Shown here: positions 38,753 through 47,900 of the stretch, in pieces
How the letters are laid out: every line of letters starts with the position of its first letter
Position numbering within the stretch: position 1 is the stretch's first letter
Virus record (IMG/VR): IMGVR_UViG_3300031994_000025
Coordinates: 76,422-140,421 of that record
Length of the DNA: 64,000 bases
Reading direction: 5' to 3' (one strand)
Origin: a virus
Lineage: Duplodnaviria; Caudoviricetes
Made by a program: the position numbers and the translations under genes
Notes under the pieces: generated by a model
Databases searched by the model: none
What the model saw: only the letters and a program-made list of their open reading frames with translations
What the model was told of the DNA's origin: nothing

Positions 38753-39316
38753 CTATTCCTCTTCCTCGATGGTGCCGTACCACTTCACGGTGTCGTAAGG
38801 CTGATAGTTGCAAACGACCTGTGGAGTGGTGCCGTGATCGTCGGTACGCTGGGCACCGCTGTCGTTGCCCGAAGAGTACTGGATGTCACCGTCGGGATTG
38901 CCAACGACCTTCCATTCCTTGCCTTCGGTAGTGGTCTTACCCGTGGGGAAGAAGCAGAGATAGCCACCGCCCATGTTGCTGAGACGGCGACCCAGGACGG
39001 CCATGTCGTCCTCGTTGGTGTCCACACGCCAGGTTCCAGTGTGGGCCCAGCCCGTACCTTCGCCGTTGTGCTCAGACGTCACCTGTCCGGTGGCAGACTT
39101 GAAGTCAATGCGGAAACCCTTCAGGGAGGGACTGGGATTCTGTCCAGTAGCACCTGCGGGAGTAATCGTGTACCGGTTCTTCTCGTCATCCACTTCAATC
39201 TTGGTGATGTGGTCGCTGTCGAGCGGCACAACCATCATGAACTTGCTCAGACCGGCAGGGTTCTCCTGACAGTTCTGAGAAGACTTTACGTGTTTGAAAG
39301 CGCAATCTAATGCCAT
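38753..39316 (-). CDS. Putative major tail (tube) protein
   Basis: 187 aa, directly after the capsid gene; beta-rich, highly biased codons. Confidence 0.55.
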   Translation of the reverse strand: MALDCAFKHVKSSQNCQENPAGLSKFMMVVPLDSDHITKIEVDDEKNRYTITPAGATGQNPSPSLKGFRIDFKSATGQVTSEHNGEGTGWAHTGTWRVDTNEDDMAVLGRRLSNMGGGYLCFFPTGKTTTEGKEWKVVGNPDGDIQYSSGNDSGAQRTDDHGTTPQVVCNYQPYDTVKWYGTIEEEE

Positions 39317-39429
39317 AATATTCTTCTGTTTTTTTGTGTTGGTTGTTATTTTTCTTACTGATATTCCCCTGTCAGAGGGCGGCAGCGCGGGCGGCGATAG
39401 TCCCGCGCCGCCGCGCACCTCCGATGGGT

Positions 39430-40881
39430 TTAGCCCTTCACGTAGTAGGTCTTGCCAGACACTACCGCGGTGTCCTCAGTCAGAGAATACACGTCGCCGC
39501 TCTTCTCATACCAGCCCTTCTCAGCGGGGTTGCCAGAGGGGTTATCTACGGCTGTGTAGGTGGGAGTCTCGGCGCCGCCGTCGCCAGATCCGCCGTTGCC
39601 GCCGTCAGCAGTTTCCTCGAACTGTGCCACCAGGTGAACAACGCCACCGCCGAAGGTGTAGTTGAACGGGTTGGCACCGTTGATAATCTGGCCGCTGATG
39701 CCCTCAGACCAGCCTACGAACACGTAGCCGCTCTTCGGAGTAGCCTTGACGGTGATGACGTCGCCCTCCTTGTAGAGGTCCTTCTCGCCGCTGGCCAGCT
39801 CGGCAGTACCCTTCTCGTCGTCAGAGGTGGCGACGGTGAAGATGTCGGCGATGTAGTCGCCTGCAGGCACGTTGTTCGGCGTGTTCACTTGCTCGTTCAC
39901 GCAAATCACCTTCGGCGAGTAGTCGTAGATACGAGTAGCCTGGGCGGTCTGAATCTGGTAGTCGAACAGGTTGTGGTCGTCGGGGTTCATGGCCACGGTG
40001 ATGTTTGACTGGCCCTCGGGGCGCACGTCGCAAACATACTCCAGGTTGTCGGGCAGAGAGAAGATGATCTGCGAGCCCTTACCCATAGAGGTATGGGTCA
40101 CGATGGTCAGGTTCTTCATCTGGGCGAACTTCCAGCCGTCCTTCAGCGTCTCGGGCGACAACTGCGGGTGCATGATCATGTAGCCCTCGATGATGTGGTC
40201 GGCCAGCCCCTGCGACATGTAGGCCAGCAGCTCGTCGGCGGCGCGCAGGTCGTCGTTCAGCGCGTTGTAGGCTGCCTTGAACTTCGTGTAGGCCACGTCG
40301 CTCTCCATAGCCATCAGGTCGCCGGTCTCAATCAGGTTGCCGATTTCCTTGCTGATGTAGCCGCGAGTGATACCCTTGGCGACCTTGGTGTAGATGCCGT
40401 CGTAGAGCGACAGGCCCTTCTTCACCAGGTTGGCCTTCGTCTCGGGCAGCTTGTCGTTCTCCTCGTTGCCGAAGAAGAAGTTGGCGCGGACGTCCTTGGC
40501 ATGGCGGTCGGCAATCTTGTTGATGAGGAACGTGGTCTTCTCGGCGTTGTTTGATCCGTCGGGGTTCACGTGGAAGGGTTCCTTCTCACGATACTTCTGC
40601 ACGTTGTCCTGCGGGTGAGTTACTGCGAGAATCACCTTGGTGGGGTTCTCAATCATGGTTCCGAGTTCCACCTTCTTGACGGCACCCTGCTTGTACTGGC
40701 GTGCCAGCAGGCCCTTGTCGTTGAAGATGAACACCTTGTCGATATTCTCGACATCGGTAGTGACCTTTACGTGGAGATCCTCCAGCATTCGGTCGTTCAA
40801 CATGGAGGCGCGAGCCACCAGGTCGACGTGCATCTGTTCGGTAACAGTCTGCACCTGAGAGAGGTTGATTGCGTTTGGCAT
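39430..40881 (-). CDS. Major capsid protein with C-terminal Ig-like extension
   Basis: Follows the protease/scaffold; size and codon bias; C-terminal TVKATPKSGYVFVGWS domain. Confidence 0.75.
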   Translation of the reverse strand: MPNAINLSQVQTVTEQMHVDLVARASMLNDRMLEDLHVKVTTDVENIDKVFIFNDKGLLARQYKQGAVKKVELGTMIENPTKVILAVTHPQDNVQKYREKEPFHVNPDGSNNAEKTTFLINKIADRHAKDVRANFFFGNEENDKLPETKANLVKKGLSLYDGIYTKVAKGITRGYISKEIGNLIETGDLMAMESDVAYTKFKAAYNALNDDLRAADELLAYMSQGLADHIIEGYMIMHPQLSPETLKDGWKFAQMKNLTIVTHTSMGKGSQIIFSLPDNLEYVCDVRPEGQSNITVAMNPDDHNLFDYQIQTAQATRIYDYSPKVICVNEQVNTPNNVPAGDYIADIFTVATSDDEKGTAELASGEKDLYKEGDVITVKATPKSGYVFVGWSEGISGQIINGANPFNYTFGGGVVHLVAQFEETADGGNGGSGDGGAETPTYTAVDNPSGNPAEKGWYEKSGDVYSLTEDTAVVSGKTYYVKG

Positions 40882-40937
40882 ATTCTCTACTGTTTTTGTG
40901 TTGGTGAATATTATTTTTGTCTTTGTGTTGTTAGCCG

Positions 40938-40972
40938 CAATTTAGCGTGATGCGTCAGGCAAATCAAGGGCA
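40938..40972 (-). promoter_or_regulatory. Putative late promoter TGCCCTTG-N20-TAAATTG
   Basis: Upstream of the capsid gene. Confidence 0.7.
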
Positions 40973-41056
40973 GACGAACCGAGTGCAGAATCCATGAGCT
41001 CGCTCAATGGTTATGCCGAGGTGAGGAATGCGCTCGGTCGAATACCAAGGGCAGCC

Positions 41057-42994
41057 TTAGCGGCGGTGATTGCGGGCGGCGATTTCCTCGTCCTGCTTGC
41101 GCAAGGCGGCGGCAATCTCCTTGGGAGTCATGCCCGGCTTCACAGCACTCTTGATGCCGTTATACTGGGGAGCGTCGCCTGTTCCGTTGTCCTGCGGAAT
41201 ACCGGCACCGGCGTCCACCATCGGCGCTGGCTTCTCCGAGAGTTCCTTCACCTCGCTCTGCAGCTCCTTCACCTGCTTGTTCAGCTTCTCGATGGTAGCC
41301 ACGTGCTCGGCAATCTTTGCCTCGGCAGCGGTGATAGCCTTGCCCTTCTCGTCCACCTCGGCGGTCAGCGTCTCGATGGTCTTGTCGCGCTCGGCGAGGG
41401 TGGCGTTGGCCTGGTCGCGCTCTTCGGCGATGCCGTTCAGCGTAGCCAGCGTTTCCTTCAGCTGGGCAATCTCCTTGTCCTTCTCGGCAATCTTCTGCTC
41501 CGCCGTGTGCAGCGTATCAGTGATCTTGTCGATCTCGGCAGCGGCGTTCTCCTGAGCCTCCTGCGATGCAGGTTCCTGAGCGGCACCCTGTGCGCCCTCG
41601 CCAGAGCCGTCGCCGTCGCCAGCGGCCTCGCCGCCCTGCGCTCCGGCGTTATCTTCTGCGGCAGCAGCCTGTGCGCCAGCCTGCTCCTGTGCGTTCTCCC
41701 CTGCGGCCTGCTGACCGGCAGCGGGTTCCTCGTTGGCGGGAGCCTCCTGTGCGGCTTGCTCCTGCCCAGCCTCCTGTGCGGCGGCTTCCTGTGCGGCCTG
41801 GGCTGCGGCAGCCTCCTGGGCCTTCTTCTCTTCGTCTGTCATATCTTCTTGGTTTTGGGGTTTGGCTATCTCTACAGTCTTAGGACCGAAAAAGCCCTGC
41901 TCTTCTTTCTTTACATGACCGTCATCGACTATTCTCAGGTCGCCACGGCTCGTAGCGACAGCGGCTTTCTGCTGTGCGTTGAGTTTGGCCATCTCCTCCG
42001 GCTCCTCACCATCCGGCTCCTCACCATCCGGTTCGTTCTTAGGCTCTGCTGTCACCAGACGTGCGGCTGTCAGCGTCTCATTGGCCAGTTCGTAGATGCA
42101 CTCGATGGCGCGGTTCATGTCGCCTATCTCATCGACCAGTGCCGGCATCACCTCCTGCGCCTCGAACACCTTTCCCGTCAGCATGTCGGCAGTAACCAGC
42201 GGACGGTTCTCACGCACCGTCTGGTGGAACTGTTCGGTATCCTTATCGAGTTCTGCCTGCAGCTTCTCATACTCACCTGCGGCAGCCTCGCGATACCAGT
42301 CGTTCTTCTCGGGGCAGTCCTTACCGACGAGCTCTACATAGCGGTAGCCGTCCTGATCGACGGTATCATGGGCGACGGCCCAGAAAGCGGCCATCGTGCC
42401 GATGCAGCCGAACTCGTCGTGGGGGTTCATCACCACCACGCGGTCGCAACGGCAGGCAAGGTTCACGCCGCTGCTGCAGCACATGCCGTCAACGAAGGCC
42501 ACGGTGGGCTTGCCGGCCCGTCGACAGTCGTCAATCATCATCTCGTAGTCGTTACGGCACGATGCCTGTCCGCCCGGCGTATTGATGAGGAACAGGTGGC
42601 CTATCACCTGTGGAATCTGGTTGGCGTACATCACCTGATCACGGAAGTCCTTGGTGCCATACGAGCAGCCGTCGCCGTCGCGGGTCACGGGACCGTCCAC
42701 CACCACCACATTGATAATCTCGTCGTCCTCCTGCAGTTCCTCGTCGTTCCAGTACAGGTGACGCTCTATGCGGTGGATGTTGCCGACGTACAGCTTATCC
42801 TCGAAGTTGGCTCCTACGGTCTTGCCGTCCTTCTGGTAGCCCTTCTTCGAGAGGAAGTAGCCGTGCTGCTTTTCTATATCGTTGGGCAGGTGCAGCTCTA
42901 CGGCATTCTTCAGCGCGTCGGCATACGTCTGTGCCAGGTCTGGGCGGAAGTCCCAGACCTTGTTGTGCATGATGTTCAATAGTCCGATATTCAT
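41057..42994 (-). CDS. S49 (SppA-like) prohead protease fused to a scaffold-like coiled coil
   Basis: INTPGG, KPTVAFVDGMCCSSG and GCIGT; A/E/Q-rich linker and C-terminal coiled coil. Confidence 0.85.
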   Translation of the reverse strand: MNIGLLNIMHNKVWDFRPDLAQTYADALKNAVELHLPNDIEKQHGYFLSKKGYQKDGKTVGANFEDKLYVGNIHRIERHLYWNDEELQEDDEIINVVVVDGPVTRDGDGCSYGTKDFRDQVMYANQIPQVIGHLFLINTPGGQASCRNDYEMMIDDCRRAGKPTVAFVDGMCCSSGVNLACRCDRVVVMNPHDEFGCIGTMAAFWAVAHDTVDQDGYRYVELVGKDCPEKNDWYREAAAGEYEKLQAELDKDTEQFHQTVRENRPLVTADMLTGKVFEAQEVMPALVDEIGDMNRAIECIYELANETLTAARLVTAEPKNEPDGEEPDGEEPEEMAKLNAQQKAAVATSRGDLRIVDDGHVKKEEQGFFGPKTVEIAKPQNQEDMTDEEKKAQEAAAAQAAQEAAAQEAGQEQAAQEAPANEEPAAGQQAAGENAQEQAGAQAAAAEDNAGAQGGEAAGDGDGSGEGAQGAAQEPASQEAQENAAAEIDKITDTLHTAEQKIAEKDKEIAQLKETLATLNGIAEERDQANATLAERDKTIETLTAEVDEKGKAITAAEAKIAEHVATIEKLNKQVKELQSEVKELSEKPAPMVDAGAGIPQDNGTGDAPQYNGIKSAVKPGMTPKEIAAALRKQDEEIAARNHRR

Positions 42995-43025
42995 AATCGT
43001 CCGTGTTGTTAATTGTTTCTGATTG

Positions 43026-43060
43026 CATTATAATGGCAGGCGCATTGATAATCAAGGGCA
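43026..43060 (-). promoter_or_regulatory. Putative late promoter TGCCCTTG-N20-TATAATG
   Basis: Upstream of the protease gene. Confidence 0.7.
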
Positions 43061-43068
43061 GGTTTTAC

Positions 43069-43148
43069 GATGTATGATGTATGATGGAAGATGGAAGATG
43101 TGCGCTGGAGCATTTCATCCATCAGCCATCATCCATCAGCCATCATTT
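43069..43148. repeat. Inverted heptamer arrays (GATGTAT/GATGGAA vs CCATCAG/CCATCAT)
   Basis: Read directly. Confidence 0.7.
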
Positions 43149-44441
43149 AATCTCCGGTGTCCGATGCGTAGCAGGGAAAGCAGTGAACAGCCGCCTGCGG
43201 CTCTGCTCGCACGTCGCCCTCCTGCGCCGTGCCTCTGCCGCACAGGCGCACGCCTTGTCCCGTGCCTCCTGCGCCTGTCTCTCGCGTATCGCGTTATATA
43301 TAGGTGTGCCCACCGCCGCTTCGCCAAGCGCCTCCAGGTTCTCGGCGATATAGTCGCAAGCCATCGCCATCGCCTGCTGTGCGTCGGTCATCGAGTCGCG
43401 CCGTGCCAGTTTCTCCTCCTTCTGATACACGGCACCGCTGCTGCGCGTGCCGGCACCCGACAGCAGCGATGTCTGCGTGATGGTGGTGCGGCGGCCCTCC
43501 ACATAGAAGGCCAGGGCCTGACGGAGCATGTCGAGCAGTTCATCGAAATGCTCCTTGTTGACGGTCGTGGTCTCGCCGCCTTCGTCGGTTCCCTCGTCCT
43601 CCTGTCCTGTTTGCTCCGATAATATCGCTGCCTCCCCCTTGTTCGCAAAATCCACCACTGCCTTCAGCAACTTCGCGCCGATGCGGGGTTTCAGATACGT
43701 GTTCTGGCAGAAGCGGATATCCCGCACCAGCGACACATACACCATGCGCTCCCCCTTGATGTCGAGGTATTCGTTCAGCACACGCGCCGTCTGGAAGAGC
43801 AAGTCCTTGTGCAGGTAGAAAGCGTCTGCTTCCTTCCACTTCTCCGTGAACATCCTGCCGTCCTTCGCGTCGGCTTCGAGGAACAGCAACAGCGAGTCCG
43901 TGGCGCGGCCTGCCGACATATAGGCATCCTTCACCACGCGCTCCATGCGCTTCTCGTCGGCAGGGTCGTAGCCGTCGGCAGTCACCACGTTCATGCCGCC
44001 GCCCTCGTTGAACGAGACGGTCAGCAGTCCCGCCTTGTGACTCAGCATCCGGTAGAACTCTATCTGCTGGCAGATGCGGATGAGCTTGATGGTCTTCAGG
44101 TCCTCTGCCGGCACCTCCTTGTCGTCATCGGCAGATGCCACATACGTCTCTCTGTATTTCCCCTGCTGAATCTGGTCCAGCCGTTCCGTCACGTCGGCGT
44201 GTGCCAGCCGTGCGTCCTTCCGCGCCTTGCCCGTCGGGCGGACGGTCGTGGCGGTGATATCGGTGTACTCCTGGCGCAGGCGGTCGTACTCCCCCAGCAG
44301 GTGCTGGTAGAGCGCGTTGCCTAATAGCGGCTCCAGTGCCATCGCTTCCTCTTCCTCCAGGTAGCCGAACAGTTGTTCCGGCCGGTCCCACCGCGCCGTA
44401 GGCATCAGGCTTTTGATTTCGTTGTCTGTGGTAATAAGCAT
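43143..44441 (-). CDS. Putative head-tail adaptor (DUF6712-like)
   Basis: MLITT...LEPLLG.ALY...D.LLLFLE; position in the head module. Confidence 0.55.
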   Translation of the reverse strand: MLITTDNEIKSLMPTARWDRPEQLFGYLEEEEAMALEPLLGNALYQHLLGEYDRLRQEYTDITATTVRPTGKARKDARLAHADVTERLDQIQQGKYRETYVASADDDKEVPAEDLKTIKLIRICQQIEFYRMLSHKAGLLTVSFNEGGGMNVVTADGYDPADEKRMERVVKDAYMSAGRATDSLLLFLEADAKDGRMFTEKWKEADAFYLHKDLLFQTARVLNEYLDIKGERMVYVSLVRDIRFCQNTYLKPRIGAKLLKAVVDFANKGEAAILSEQTGQEDEGTDEGGETTTVNKEHFDELLDMLRQALAFYVEGRRTTITQTSLLSGAGTRSSGAVYQKEEKLARRDSMTDAQQAMAMACDYIAENLEALGEAAVGTPIYNAIRERQAQEARDKACACAAEARRRRATCEQSRRRLFTAFPATHRTPEIK

Positions 44442-44458
44442 ATCCGTGTCGTTTTTGG

Positions 44459-44529
44459 CAATTTAACGGTCATGCGATGATAAAGCAAGGGCACTGCCCT
44501 TGACCCACACTCATCCACCACCGATATTA
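44459..44529. promoter_or_regulatory. Divergent late promoter pair CAAGGGCA-c-TGCCCTTG
   Basis: N20-TAAATTG on (-) and N20-GATATTA on (+), between divergent genes. Confidence 0.75.
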
Positions 44530-44561
44530 CCACAAGCAAGAACCCTTAAAAACATTACAAC

Positions 44562-44849
44562 ATGGCAAGAGACTTAGCAAAATTGCAGCACGTCCTGGCA
44601 AACTCGCCTATTCATCTCTATTTCGAGAAGGACAAGGACGGCAACGATGTACTCAGACACATACGTGTCAACCAGCGTACCATCGACGTGCCAGCCGACG
44701 GCATCACCATCGACGTGATTCCGCCAAACAGCGTTGGAACGAGAGAGATTGAAGACGAGTCGGTGATGATGGACGACCTTCATCCCGATGTAAAAAACAA
44801 CATGGCAGATCGCGTGTCGGGCGAAGAACTCGAAAAATTCAAGGTTTAA
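44562..44849 (+). CDS. Small hypothetical protein, paralog of 21238-21444
   Basis: Shared C-terminal motif. Confidence 0.7.
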   Translation: MARDLAKLQHVLANSPIHLYFEKDKDGNDVLRHIRVNQRTIDVPADGITIDVIPPNSVGTREIEDESVMMDDLHPDVKNNMADRVSGEELEKFKV

Positions 44850-44865
44850 CCCAGACAATAGGAAC

Positions 44866-44902
44866 ACAGGAAAAGGCTACGCGGTGCGTAGCCTTTTCCT
44901 GT
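44866..44902. terminator. Bidirectional terminator
   Basis: ACAGGAAAAGGCTACGC-ggt-GCGTAGCCTTTTCCTGT, a 17-bp stem between convergent genes. Confidence 0.85.
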
Positions 44903-44912
44903 TCTTTCTGAA

Positions 44913-47900
44913 TCAATACCGCTCCCCGTGGCGGTTCACGGTTTTCTTGCCTGTGTCGTAGGAGTCGATGAGTCCTCCCTTGCCGTACACGTCGAAGATG
45001 GCGTGGATGGGGTTGTCGCGCAGATATTCGAGCAATTCGTTCTGGTGGTCGATGCTGGCTTGCAGTGAGGCTATATGCTCCATGCTCATGCCGCTGCCCG
45101 TGCCGCTGCCCGTGCCGCTGTCGAAGCCGCTGTCTGCTGCCATATCCTCGAAGTCGTCGATGTTGCCGTCGGCGAAGGCGGGCATGCCACGTCCCGTGCG
45201 TCGGCGCGACGGGGTGATGCTGCCACCGTTGTAGAGCGTCTGGATGGTGCGCCAGATGCCCGGCTCATCCATCTGGATCTGCCGTGTGGTCTTCGCGTCG
45301 ATAATCGCCTCGCGGCCTGCCTCGCCCACGAGGTGAAACTCCGGCCCGTTGGTGATGTGCGTCTTCGCCCCCTTACCCATGTACCGGGCGCGGTACGTTT
45401 TACCGTCCGCCCCGTCCACGTTGTACTGCCTGCCAGGGGTCAGCGAAGCCGGGTCGGTCAGTTCATTCACGTTACCCTTTTTATACGTCAGCATGCCCGT
45501 CGCCAGACGGCCAGCACCTACCGATGCGCCCGTCACTTGCGCAATCTGGCTCTTCGACTTAGCAACCTTGCTTGCGGCAAGTCCCATCAATCCGCCGACC
45601 AAGGCGCTCAGGGCTGCGAAGAGAATAGGACCGACTATAGGACCAGCTTCTGCCGTTGACTTGGCAGCTGCGGGAGGAAGATTTGTGGCTGTCTCAGCGG
45701 TAGAACTTGACAGTGCAACCTGCAGTCCGGCGATAGCGGCATTACCCACAGCCTGCAGGGCAATCATCTCGAACTTTTGTGCCATGTCAAGGTTGTCGTT
45801 GCTCATAGCCTGATAAGCCACGCCGTAGAGGTTGGCAGCGGCAGTCATCTTGGCAAACATGCTCTGCTTACTCGTCTGCTCTTTCTTGTCGCCCTCCGTC
45901 TCGGTCTTGACCTCCTTCTGCTTATTGCTGATGAAGTTCTCCGTCACTGCATTCTGCTCATTGATCTGCTGCTGGGCAGCGGGCGAAAGTTCTCCCCCAC
46001 CCGACGGATAGCCAGCCTGTTTGTCGGCTGCGAAGTCGCTGCCGCCCGTTGCGACCGACTGAGTGCCGTCCTGCTTGATGGTGATGCCCTCGGCCAATTG
46101 CTGTGTCAGCCCCTGCACCGCCTGCGTGTTGGCATCCGTGGCGGTGACGCTCGCGTCCATCTTCTGCTGCTCTGCTTCCAACTTCTGCTGCAGTCGTTGC
46201 AGCTCAGCGGTGTTGTCCTCAGTGGCTTTGTTCTGAAGATAAGCATTCATCCAGTCCGTAATCTGCTCGCTCATCTTCATGTTGATGTCGTCCCAGAGTT
46301 TCTTCCACGCTTCCGCCTGTGCGTTCTGGATTTCTATCTCGTGCTGCCTTTCCAGTGCCTGCCGCTCGTCCAGATATTCGTAGTGGGCGGTGGCGTCGCT
46401 GGTTCCCTCGTTGTCGATGACGATGTACGTCCCCGCTCCGGGGCCTCCCTTGCCCGTCAGGTCGAGCTTTGCCCGTTCATTGTAGTATTCCGCATCCCCC
46501 GCATGACTGGCCTCCATCACGCCCTGCAGCGAGCTCGAAAGCAGGTCGGCCCATTCGCGCAGGCTGGTATAGAGGCGGTTCTGGCTCTCCTCCTGAATCT
46601 TCAGCAGTTCAGCCTTTTGCTCTTCCTCCTTCTTCGTTTCCTCGGCCAGCGTCAAGCCCAGCGAGAGGCGCACGTTCTCAGCATCGCGCAGGGCCACCAT
46701 CGCCTTCGTGCGCTGCTCGGCGGCGGCGGCCTCGTGCCCGGCCTGCTTCTCCAGCTCGGCTATGCGCTGGTGCTCCTTGGCTTCCGCCTTCAGTGCCGCC
46801 ATGCGCTGTTTGGCCTGCACGCGGTACATGTTGTACTGTGCCTCCTGCATGCGCATCTGCACCTCTATCTGCTTCATGGCCAGTCGCGAGGCCACGTTGT
46901 CGCTCGCCGCCCCGGCACCTATCAGGCTGTTGGCGCGGCTCACCGAGTCCTGCTGCATGCCCAGCTGTGCCAGGGCTTTGTCGAAGGTGGCCTTCATCGA
47001 CATGCCGCCAATGCCGCGAGCGTCGTCGTTCCAGATGATTTCCACGTCCTTCTTGATCTGCGAGGCCTCCTTCTTGATGGCGTCCTGCACCTCTTGATAG
47101 GTCTTGCGCAGCTGTCCCATCACGGCCTGCTTCAGCATGTCGCTCTTGCTGATTTCCTCGGCGGTGGCCGTCATGCCCTCCTTCACCATGCGGCGCAGCA
47201 GTTCGTCGATGTCTATCGAGTAGGCGTCGGCGGCCTGCCGCAGGTAGAAGGCCATCTCGTCGTAGCTCTGGGCGGTTATCTGCTCGTTCGAGTACTTCGG
47301 CCCCTTGCCCCGCCGTGCCAGTTCCTCGTTCTCGCGGCGGTACTTGGCGGCCAGCACACCCATCTTGTCGAGGTTGTCTTGCAGGTTCTTCGTGATGCCG
47401 TCGTAGGGCCGCTCCTTGGCCAGCGTGTCCTCGATGAACTTCATCTGCTTGCCGATGGCCTGGGCAGCTTTCAGGTAGCTCTTCTCGGCCCCCAGCTCTA
47501 TATCGCCGTAGATGCGGTCCATGGCGGCCTTGCTCTTTTTGCCTACGTCCACGATGAACTTGTTAGTCTGTGCGATGTCGGCCTTGATGTAGTTGACGGT
47601 CTCACCGGTGCGCTCGCTGATGATGCCGAAGATAGCCTGCATCTCATCCTCGGTCACCTTGGCAGCCCTCCTGGAGTACAGCAGCTGCAGCTCGGCGCGC
47701 CTGGTCTGCCACTCGTTGTCGTTCTGTATGGTGCGCCGCCACGCCTCGCCCTCGGTTATCTCCTCGTCGTTGCGGGCCTGCTCTATGCGCGTCTTGCGCT
47801 CCGTGTAGTAGGCATCCAGCTCGTCGAGATAGTATTTCATCTCGTCCTGCACCACCCTGCCGGCACGCTTCCTCACCTTCTCCGGGTCCTGCCAGTCGCC

